DNA of 64,000 nt, taken from NCBI RefSeq assembly GCF_006345805.1, contig NC_043013.1, forward strand, positions 15,004,001-15,068,000, in the 5' to 3' direction. Position 1 is the first letter of the stretch; the number at the start of each line of letters is the position of its first letter. The notes under the pieces were generated by a model that saw only the letters and a program-made list of their open reading frames with translations, had not been told where the DNA came from and searched no databases. A program made the translations under genes and the position numbers. This stretch comes from Octopus sinensis (Eukaryota). Shown piece by piece: positions 1-11,700 of this stretch.

Positions 1-983
1 GTGATAACATTGATAACTTCCTTTTCCAACGATCTGCAAGTAGAGAGAGAACGTGTTGTGACAGTCATAACAAATATAGGGAACAAAATACAACCACTGG
101 ATAGGTTTGGGCTGGACCCCTCCAGAGGACAAGTGACAAGAGGTGAATGTAAAAGTCAACAGAATGGATTCTGAGAGACTGTAAAAGAAAGGGGATGGCA
201 ATGGTGAAGGTAGAGGAATCAATAGGAACGTTCTTACAGACATGGCAATAGGTGTAGGTAGCTGTGAAACTTGCTTCCAAACCATGTAGTTCTTGGGTTC
301 AGTCCCACTACATGGCACCCTGAGCAAATGTCTTCTAATAGCCACTAGGCCAACCAAACCTTTTGAGTGGACTAAGATTTGAAATTGGTATGTAGAATGT
401 CAAAACAAATACCACAAGTTATTTTATTTTGTGTTCTGGTGGTTCTGACCGTTAACCACTTTCAAATTGTCTTTGATTTTGGTAGAAAGCCAGTAGTTTT
501 GAGAAGAGGTCAGTCTAATTATATGTGACCTCAACTCTTGACCCAAGAGTATTGACCCAAGAGTATCATCATCATCATCATCATCACCATCATCATCATC
601 ATTAACATCCATTTTCTTTGCTGGATTAGACAATTTGACAGGAGCTGGTAAGCTGCACCAGGTTCCAGTCCTCTCTTCTGGCATGGTTTCAGCAGCTGGA
701 TGCCCTAAAGGCAAAATTGACCCCAGTAGAATTTCAACTCAGAACATAGTAATAATAATAATAATGTAATAATGATTTCAAATTTTGGGACAAGGCTAGC
801 AATTTTGTGGGGAGGAAGCAAGTTGATTACATCGACATCCAGCAACTTTCTGATACTTATTCTATCAAACCCAAAAGATAAAAGGCAAAGTTAACCTTGG
901 CAGCATTTAAACACAAAGCATAAAGAGCAGTAAACATTTTGTCCAATGTGTTAATGACATTGCCATCTCACTGCCTTAATAAA

Positions 984-1343
984 AACAAAAGCACTCAGAG
1001 AGCACAAACCTTCACCAAGGTAACACGAATGTCCTCTCAATGATCAGCCAGAGATGGTTTTTAAAATGAGAATATCTGAAATAAATTCAACTGCTCTCAC
1101 AAACGAGAATACTAAAAATGAACCCGACTGCTCTCAAAAATTAAATTTAAAAAACTGGAAAAATAATTGAGAATCCTTGTCCAGTAACCGATTGATCCCA
1201 AAATCTAATCAGTTTGTGCCAGTCATGAGGCCAAACATCTCAAAGTTTCATCCAAATCCATCCAGCGGTTCTTGAGATATCTTGTCCACAGACAAACAAA
1301 CACGACTGAAAACACCTCCACCTTCACTAAGGCAGAGGTAATA
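984..1343. mobile_element. Non-autonomous Helentron-associated-type (HINE-like) element
   Basis: Begins ACAAAAGCACTCAGAGAGCACAAACCTTCACCAAGG and ends ACAGACAAACAAACA...AAGGCAGAGGTAAT, with subterminal inverted motifs; internal AAAGTTTCATCCAAATCC. Confidence 0.55.
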
Positions 1344-1527
1344 ATAATGGTTCTGAATTTTGGTACAAGTTCAGGAATTCTAGGTAAGGAAGTAGTCAAT
1401 TACACTGAACCCAGTGACCATCAAGTACTCATTATATTGACCCCACCCCCACCCAAAGGATAAAAAGCAAAGATGTCCTCAATGGAATAAACATAAGAAA
1501 GAAAGAAAAATAGAAATGGTTTGTAAC

Positions 1528-1746
1528 TTTTTCAAGGCAGCCATGCTCTCTGTGACATCATGGATTCCCTCAGTTCTGTGGAGAAGGTTATACAGTGCTG
1601 CCTTAGGATTATATACAATATTTGCCAACCACTGTAGGATGTGTAAAGGAACAGTGCCACTGAGCTTGAAGACAGAACCAATGAAATACAATACTTCACA
1701 CAACAACCACTGGTCAGGAGGACTTGATGGTACAACTTGTAGAAAT
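1528..1746 (-). CDS. RTTN: RTTN exon 25 (donor position uncertain)
   Basis: cccag|A TTT CTA CAA gives [22 protein letters not shown] in phase with exon 24. Only a weak AA|GTTACA donor was seen. Confidence 0.85.
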
Positions 1747-4700
1747 CTGGGAAGAAAAAACAGAAAAAACATACTGGTGTTTAGTGTTTTATTGTAAATT
1801 TTTTGCAAAAACATATATATACATATTCATTTAGTCTTTTTTATTTTTATGCATTTCAGTTCAAAGGTTGTGGTCATGATGGAGCACCATCAGTGTCATC
1901 ACTTTTCCAATGGCCATTCTTATGCAATTGGTTTCTGGTGAAGGAGAGAATTTGACACTGCTGCCCTCTTTTGAGTTTCTTATTGCGATATCAGTTCGTC
2001 TGAGACTGAACAGCAGGAAGTCAAGTTGTTTCTTGAAAACATCTACCCATACTCCATGTAAGTCCCTTGGATGTTTTGGCAAGGTATTAAATAGCCGAGA
2101 GTCCTTAAATCCCAAGTTATTGCAGTACATAGATACATATATATATACTAGCTGGTGTACCCAGAAATTCCCGGGGGTAAAGATGTTCTATTGAAATGCC
2201 TTATTACTCTGATATAAGAAAGCAATTTCATTATAACTGCCACAAAAGGTGTATTTTCCGCCACGAAAAAGTACAAAAAACTGTCAGCTGGACGATGGAG
2301 AGATTGTTGGAGTTTGGCGAGAGAGGTTTTCGAAGGTTGGCGAGAAAGATTGTCAGAGGTTGGTGAGAGAGAGGTTGTCAGAGGTTGGCGAGGGGCAAAG
2401 ACATTACTTTGCTTAGCGAAGGCATCTGAGAAATGGATAACTGCTGTCATTCACAGAAAAACTATTATCTTACTGTGAGAAAAGAGCTGTTGAAGTGTTA
2501 AGTGAAATTTGGTAATCGAGGCATGAAGCCATTACAAATACATTGTGGAAGAAAAAATTTATCTACTGTTTTGGAAAAAGTGTAACTGTAAAAATGCAGA
2601 ATTATCTGAGTAAAGGATTTAAAAAAAAGTATTTATGTATAGAAATGTATGAATGAAGTCTTCAATGTTTAAGATTCAAATTAAAGAAGTGCAATAATTT
2701 TTAGCAGTTCAAAACAGTGAGTAGTGAAATGTAGAATTTGGTTGGCTGATCGTGAGAAAGAAATATTGATCACTTCGTTAAAATCTGCAGGTGGTATGTG
2801 TTATTTCCCTTGAGTTGTTTAAATAAAATATTAGTAATATGTAGTAGATAGAAGGATCCATTGAAAGGGCACTATTATCGATTTTTTTTTTCAACAATCT
2901 AAGTATGTCAGAAGGTTTCCCGACATGAGCTCTACTCACATGTCAAATAAAGTATAAAATTGATATTGTCTGCAAAAATTAGAAATAGGAGACACAAAAA
3001 ATCAATATTCAAAGTAATCGAACGTAAACAATGAAATTGTTTATTTCCCTTGAGTGTTTAAAAAAGTATTGTACAGGTGCTATGGGTTAATTCCCTTGGA
3101 TGTTTAAAAAATTGGCTATATGAAGTAGATATAAAGGTCCCTTCCAGGGGCCATATTATTGATTGTTTCAACAATCTAAGTATGTCACAAGGCTTCCAGA
3201 CATGAATTCTAGTCACGTGTTAAGTTTCATCAAAATCAGTAAAACAATGTAGGAGGAGTTAGCTAACAACGCCACAAACAAACACACACTGATTTTCCAC
3301 ATATGTAGTATATATATCACGTGATCACGTGACTGACCATCAGATGTTGCTACACATCGCTGGTTACAATGCGTTCGCATTGTTTTAGCTTTCGAACGAC
3401 GCCACCCCGCTGGCTAAGCGAGCAGGCCAACAGACGAAAGAGTGAGAGAAAGAGTGGTGAAAGAGTACAGCAGGGATCACCACCCCCTGCCGGAGCCTCG
3501 TGTAGCTTTTAGGTGTTTTCGCTCAATAAACACACACAACGCCCGGTCTGGGAATCGAAACCGCGATCCTCCGACCGCGAGTCCGCTGCCCTAACCACTA
3601 GGCCATTGCGCCTCCACATGTAGTGTATATAATATATATACATATATATATACATATATATACATACATACATACATACATTCACACACATATTACACAT
3701 ACACACCCACATATACATAAATATATTATCATTATCGTTGTCATTCTAACATCCATTCTTCCATGACTGCATGGGTCGGACAGAGTTTATTGGGGCAGAT
3801 TCACCCAGACTCTTATTTGTTCCCCCACTCACTTTAGCCACCCTTAGGTACCTCTTCTCTGAGATTCCTTCTCTCACTGAATTCCTCTCCTTGCCTGCTC
3901 CTGACACTCTCATACTCTCACACACCATCTCCATATTTTCTCATCAATCAACAAAGGCTTATTATACTGATGGTTTCCATCCATCCTGTACTGCCACTTA
4001 TTACCTATTGCTTCCTGGGACACTTCTATTTCTTTCATACACCCCACCACCTTACTGATATTTACCACAGACCACACCTCCACCCATGTTCTATTCACTA
4101 CATTCTCCTCTACTCTTACCTTTAACCATCTGCCACTCTCCTCTCACACTCTTATGAACCTATCTCACCACCACCATTCTTGATCTTCAGTGTGTATTCT
4201 CTTTTATACCCACCTTCTTCTATCTTGAGAGTATGTCCTGATACTTTGTCACCACCATCATTGCCTTCTTTCCAGCAAATCCCACCTTTATAATTATATG
4301 AGGTAGTCATGTATCTCTTGTACAGCAAGACATCTGCGCTTGTCCCTCTATCATACTTCAGCCTACCCCATCTCTGCTACAACTCTGCTCAATTGAGTGG
4401 TATTTTCCTTTGATTTGTGAGTTATATGCCAATTTCACTATTGTCAGTTGCATGAAAAAAGTACCCAGTACAGTCTGTAAATGTGGTTGATGTTAGGAAG
4501 GGTATCCAACCATAGAGACCATGCCAAAATTGATACTGAAACTTGACAGTCTTCTAGCTCACTGGATCCTGTAAAACCATCCAACATTAGCAAGCAGAGA
4601 AAATAGACATTTATTCTATATATGCATCGTAGGGGGAACCAGCAAATGGTTTTTACACTACTTGCATACAGTAAGTTCGACTCCAATTCGTTTCAGGTAT

Positions 4701-6777
4701 GTGATGTTGGTAGGCCGCAAAAATGGCAAAATATCGATGCTCATCGCTCCTCAATGTAATTTGGGGCAGACTGTTTCACCTGTCTATAACGTTCAGGTGT
4801 GATAACATCTGGTACTTTAACGGAGACATGCCCACCACGCTAGTTTGCAGCCTACCACCAAACAGGCAAAGCACATACAAAATAGGCCCAAACGCGGTTG
4901 TGTGGTTGAGAAGTTCTCTATGCAAATCCAAATATATAAGCCAAGTTCGATACCTCGACGAAGCTACTTGAACAAGTATCTTCTTCTATAGTCCCGAGTA
5001 AACCTTGTGGGCGAGGTAATTTAGCAGACGATCGTCGTATTTATAGCTAATGTGAGTCTCTACCCAAGTCCCTGTATAAAGTTATGTAAACATCAATTGA
5101 GTTACACGTGCTGTATTTCCCGTAACAAATACGGATCGGTAAAATTGAAATAAGTAATTTGCGGGTGGGATCGTTACGGTGCCCCAACATGGCCGTAGAC
5201 AAATGACTGAAAGCTGTGAGTAATTAAAAGAATACTAAACTCCCTGGAAACAACTGATTTTTTTTTAATGAGAGTTTAAGAAGATTCTTTGTAAAAGTTG
5301 AGCAAAGACTAAAGGTTGTTCCGAAAGTTGTGAAATTTGATGAATGAAATTTAGTGTGGCGGTCGAACGAAACCTGTCTTATTTGGGGAGTTCAATTTTG
5401 TTTTAATTTCGTTTGACGGTGTAAATGTATTGTGAACAAGGGTAGTATTAAGTCGATTGTATAAATTGTTGCTCTCCCCAACACACACTCACAATACACA
5501 TACTTGAGAGAGAGAAAAGAGAGAAAGAAATAGAAACGGGGAGCTATATACACAGGTATATATACTTATATAGAGAGAACGGACTGATCGATCGATCTGT
5601 CTGTCTGTCTATCTGTGCGCGCGCGCGAGAGAGTTATGAAAGCATAGAACTATAAAAGCTGGTATATATAATAGTTCATAGTTATAGGTACTACTTAAGA
5701 AGAGTGGTCCCGGTGCGCGCACTCGCGCATCCGCGCTAGCTAGTCGATCCTACAACGACTACCTAGCAAAGTAAATAAAACACAAAATAAATTATTTGGC
5801 ATAGTTTCGGTTGTAGTAGCACAGATTTCCGTCGATTTCCGTAAAAAACTTTATTTTTTTACATAAGTAATGAGAGCGAAAGAGACTAAGAGGAAGCGAT
5901 TTTACGACGAGAAGGTTTCTCTTGAAGTCGGCCTGTGTGTGTTTGATGGGGTGTGGGAGACAGACAGTATGTTGTGTAAGTGAGTGCTTTGTTAGTGTGC
6001 GAAGAGACAGAAACATATACACATACACCGAGTAAAAAATTACGATGAATCGGCCAAACATACATACATACACACACACACATACATAGATACATACACA
6101 CACACATACTACATTACATACACACACACATACTTACACACAACACACACATAGTACATACACACACACACATACATGCAGACATACATATACACATACA
6201 CGAGTAAAAATTACACTGAATCGACCATACATACATACACACATACACACACCACACATACACAGATACATACACACACACACACACACACACACATACA
6301 TGCATACATACATATACACATACACCGAGTAAAAAATCAGTATCTCTCTCTTTCACAATTACTCTCTCTGTCTCTTCGCACACACTAACAGAAGCACTTC
6401 ACTTACACAACATACTGTCTCCCACACCCCATCAAACACACACACACACACAATGTACATCAATGCTTCCCCTAGACGGTAACTTCAAAGACAAACTTCC
6501 CTCGTCATAAAATTGCTTCCTCTTAGTCTCTTTCGCTTCATTACTTATGTAAAAAATAAAAGGTTTTTACGGAAATCGACGAAATCTGAGCTACGAATGC
6601 GAAATTCGCCAATTATTTTTTTTACACTAAGTAAATAATTTTTTTTAAAACAATGTAAATAAACACCAAAAACACAAATTAAGGATCGACTAGTCACGAC
6701 TAGCTAGTGTGGTATGCGCGAGTACGCGCACCGGGCCACTCTTCTTAAGTAGTAACATATATATATGTATGTATATA

Positions 6778-6848
<71 letters not shown>

Positions 6849-8682
6849 GTTATTCTGGGTTGTCTTCATTCTGTAAAGTGGAAAAGTTTGTGGATCATAG
6901 TCTGCGAGGATCGCTTATTTTGGCAATTGGTGTGAAGTGTTGGGAGCTGTGCGTGCGCGTGACACACAACACACAATAGTTTGGATACACTTGCGTGACA
7001 TGAAACACACACACAAACACTGAATATATTTAACTGCCGATTGCCTGAAACCAAAACAACAACACAAAAGTTTTCATGAATGAATCTGGCGGAAGTGTTT
7101 AATGGCAGGGAGCAGTGCTTGCGCCGTAAACTGTTACTGGCAGAACTGATATACTCAATGAATAACAATATCCACTTCTCTCCCCTTACATTAAAGAGTT
7201 CTCCCTCACACACACACACGCATTTGCACTGACATGGCTAAGATGGCTCGTCTCTCTTCAATATACGTCCCTCGACGGACAGGCCAGCGTGAAAAACTCG
7301 ACCCCAATTAAGATCGAACCCAAACCACCTGCTTTGATGGTCACGGAAACACGGCGTGCGGCTATATACAGTATTTTCTAGGCTGATTTTGTGACTGCCT
7401 CCATAGCTCAGTGGTTAGAGCACTGGTCTTGTAAACCAGGGGTCGGGAGTTCGATCCTCCCTGGGGGCTGGTACACAACATACTTCGCTCCAATACTTTT
7501 TTTAAAGGTCATTTCAGCTCGTCGAGGTTTTACACGATTCGTCTGTTAGCTATTGTTTAATTATACATAAACTATAGATTTGAGAGCATGACCTGGCATG
7601 GAGAGTTACAGCTAGGACAGAAGCCATATCACACATATGGCATTTGCCATATTCTGAATGCCTTACTCCCTGGGCATGGACACATTGAAACTCCGATGTC
7701 TTGCAGCTGACTTGGCAGACACCCATAAAATTATAGTTTGAGAGCATGACCTGGCATGGGAGGGTACAGCTAGGACAGAAGCCATATCACACATATGGCA
7801 TTTACCATATTCTGAATGCCTTACTGTCCTGGGCATGGACACATTGAAACTCCGATGTCTTGCAGCTGACTTGGCAGACACCCATAAAATCATTAACCAT
7901 CTTACAAACAATAACTCTGAGCACCTTTTCAAACACCCATGGACATGTCATGTTTACAAAGTCAGAAAACAGCACAGCTCCCATGACTTTCAGAACATTT
8001 TTTCACGCTAAGAGTTGCTGAAGCATGGAACAGACTGCCGGCATCAGTTGTTAGTTGTCAAAGCACTGCATCCTTCAAAATTTCCATGCTTCCTGAGATT
8101 CGCCAACACTACACCTGATTTTCCCCCCTCCATACACACACAAACATGTATCTGACTAGTACACTGTTCACTTTCCAGACATTTGTACATTACTGCATAT
8201 ACTTTATACGCACTTTTTGACAAGTTGTGGTGCACCTGAGCACCATATACAATAATTTCATTATATTATACTTCAACAATGTTTTTTTTCCCCTTAACCA
8301 ATTAAAACAGTTTCTTAAATTTGAAAGATTCATAGATACAAAGAAACAGGAAGCAAGAGAGATGAGAATGGAAAAGAAAAAGGTGGACGGAGCAAAGCAG
8401 TGGAAGACGGAGGGGAAGAGGTGATGGGCCGCACATCCCAGAACAAGTGTGGTGCTCAGCCATGCCCCACAGTTATCACTGCCATCCATATATACATGCT
8501 TGTCCTTTACAAGTGCCAGTGGCACATAAAAAGCACCCAGTACACTCAGTAAAGTGACCAGTGTTAGGAAGGGCATCCAGCTGTAGAAGCCATGCAACAA
8601 CAGACAATTGGAGTCTGGACAGCTACCCCAGATGACCAATTCCATGTCAAACCATCCAACCCATGCCAGCATGTAAAACAGA

Positions 8683-8713
<31 letters not shown>

Positions 8714-11700
8714 AATAATAATAATAATCCTTTCTGCTATAGGCACAAGGCCTGAAATTTGGGGTGGGGGACTAGTCAATTTCATCAACCCCAGTGTTCC
8801 ACTGGTACTTAATTTGTTGACCCCAAAAGGATATGAAAGGCAAAGTCGACCTCGGCGGAATTTGAACTCAGAATGTAAAAATGGATGAAATACCGCTAAG
8901 CATTTTGCCCAGCATGCTAATGATTCTGCCAGCTCACTGCCTTAATAATAATAATAAATGCCCTGATGCAATACCAAGCAGTGGCTCTCATGGCTCCTGA
9001 TCTTAACTGACTGAAAGTGTTATCAGGTACATGTTTTGTCTTGGTGTAAAAGATGGGCTACAGTAAATATTCTGTTCAATATTGCAGATTTGTTTGTCAG
9101 TTGCCTGATCGTAATCAGTTAAGCATGGCTCTGACGATATGTGCATCTCTGATCACACACAGAAGCAGTGGGAGAGCAGCATAGGCATGTGTTGAGAGAA
9201 ATTCTTTGGGATTTCAACAATTCACCACGTCTGAATAAAAGTCAGCATGGAGATGGGTAGAACATCTTTGAGTCTGGACTAAACATTATTGTCACCTCAT
9301 TTATCATTGTTTTAATGTCTACTTTCCCATGCTTGCACAGTTAAGACAAGAATCTCTGAGGTAAAATTTCTACATACAGATGCCCTTCCTGTCACCAACC
9401 CTCACCTGTTTCCAAGTAAGGTAATATTTTCCTTCCTCTTGTCACCACTTGTATGACAGCAAAGTTTCTTTACAGTCAGCACAAATTTAATGACAAGGAC
9501 ACACATAGATACAACAAACTTCTTTTTAGTTTCTGTCAACCGAATTCACTCACAAGGCTTTGGTTGGCCAAAAGTTAAGTAGAAGACACTTGCCTAAGAT
9601 GTCACACAGTGAGACTGAAACAATGTGGTTGCAAAGTGAACTTCTTAATCACACAGCTAGGTTTAAACATAAGGGGGTGAGGTGGCAGAGTCATTAGCAC
9701 ACCAAGCAAAATGCTTAGCAGTATTTTATCCGTCTTTACATTCTGAGTTCAAATCCCACGAAGGCCGACTTAGCCTTTCATCTTTTCAGTGTCAATAAAA
9801 TAAGTACCGGTTGAGAACTGGGGTCTATTTAATCAACTCACTACCCCTGTCCCGAAATTACTGGCGTTGTGCCAAAATGTGAAACTAATATACTTCCTTA
9901 AACCTATTTCATCTTGCAATGATTATGTTTGCTGGCAGAGGGGAATAGCAAAGAAACCCAATGCATATGTGAGGCTGAAATAATGTAATTATTACTGAAC
10001 TCACCGAGATAATGCTTCGTTCCACTTGAGTTGGTGTAAAGTCTTGCAGGAGATATTTTGGCAGTTTCCTGGCATTACCATGTAAAGATGGAGCACATTT
10101 AAAGCTGAATTGACAGCAAAATGATTCGTGGCAGTGGAAATAGCTTGGACAGCCTCTTGAAGGCCAGTGGGTAAATGACTGGTTTTGATAATTAGAAAGT
10201 CTGTAGAACTTAATTCCAAATGTTTAGGATACCTGAAAAGAAGATTGATGGTACATTATGGAACACAGCATATGACAGAATATACATCCTGTGTACAGCA
10301 ATATAAATTTAGTATTGATGTGGTGATAGGTATTTTTTTTGGTGGTGGGGTTAATACATTTTTGTCCCAAACAAGGCTTGAAGTTACTGTTTATTTATGT
10401 ACATTTAGCATTTATAGTACAATTGGGAAGTAAAGTCGTTTTGTCGTAGAGAATTATGACTTAAAGTTCACACTAGCTAATCATCATCATCATCAGTTAG
10501 TGTTCATTTTCCATGCTAGCATGGGTTGGACGGTTTTGACTGAAGGCTGGCAACCAGATGGTTGCACCAGGCTCCAGTCTTGATCTGGCAGAGTTTCTAC
10601 AGTTGGATGCCCTTCCTAATGCCAACCACTCCGAGAGTGTAGTGGGTGCTTTTTACGTGCCACCTGCACAGGGGCCAGTCAAGGGGTACTGCAGTTACCT
10701 CGCTCGAAACTTTTTACACGTGCCACCGGCACAGGTGCCAGTGAAGCGACGTTGGTAACGATCTGCTCGAATGGTGCCCTTTTATGTGCCACGGGTACGG
10801 AAGCCAGTTGGCTGCTCTGGCAACGATCACGCTCGGATGATGTTCATGGCACCCTACTAGCACACGCATAAGTGCCAGTAAGGCGATGCTGGTAATGATC
10901 ATACTCGATTAGCTGCTCTGTTAACGATCACACTCATATGGTGCTCTTTGCACCCCACTAGCACGGATGCTACTATACTATACTAACTACTAGAGTTCAC
11001 AACAATTCAAATAAGTCTTGTTGGATTTTTATCATAGATATGGCATATAAATAGCCAATATTTAGTAACATCATACAATTACTATTGTGAGTGTCATGGA
11101 GTTTAGTAACATCCTACAAACACTGAATAATTTCCCAAAAGTCAGGGTTTTTATAACTGCTCATATCTGAATAGTAAGAAACGTATTTTGTGAAAGATTT
11201 CTTTGACGAAAGTTTAGAATTCATATATGGGCAGTAATTTTAAACAATGGGATACCAACAATTATACTTGTTCGGGCAAACAACCATTATGTCATACTGC
11301 GGCTTTTTATGACTTGCTACAAATGTTTGCTGAGACTGACATAAAATCAAATAAACTGACTTCATAAAAACAATGTAAAGTCAAAAAAGATGTAACTTCA
11401 AAATGACATAAATTGAGGGATGCCTGCAGACATTTCAAATGAATGAAACAAAATAAAGAAGTGAATGAGAGGAATAAGTCTGAAAATAGAGATTACTTAC
11501 TCAACAACTGTTTCTGATGATGTGGATGAAGTCTGTCCAAATTGTACAAGGCCATTGATACCATGATGCCAGGCAAAGTTCCAAGCAAAGCGAATCATTT
11601 CTTTGAGAGATGGCGTGAGTGGATCTAAAGTGGAATATTCCGAAGAATAAATGGAGGTACTCTGAGGATGTATAGGAGGTTTGTATGGGAAGTTGTATCT

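Noticed and set aside
3540-3615. Possible tRNA gene on the minus strand
   Set aside because: tRNA-like head lacks a closing acceptor stem and continues into a SINE body.
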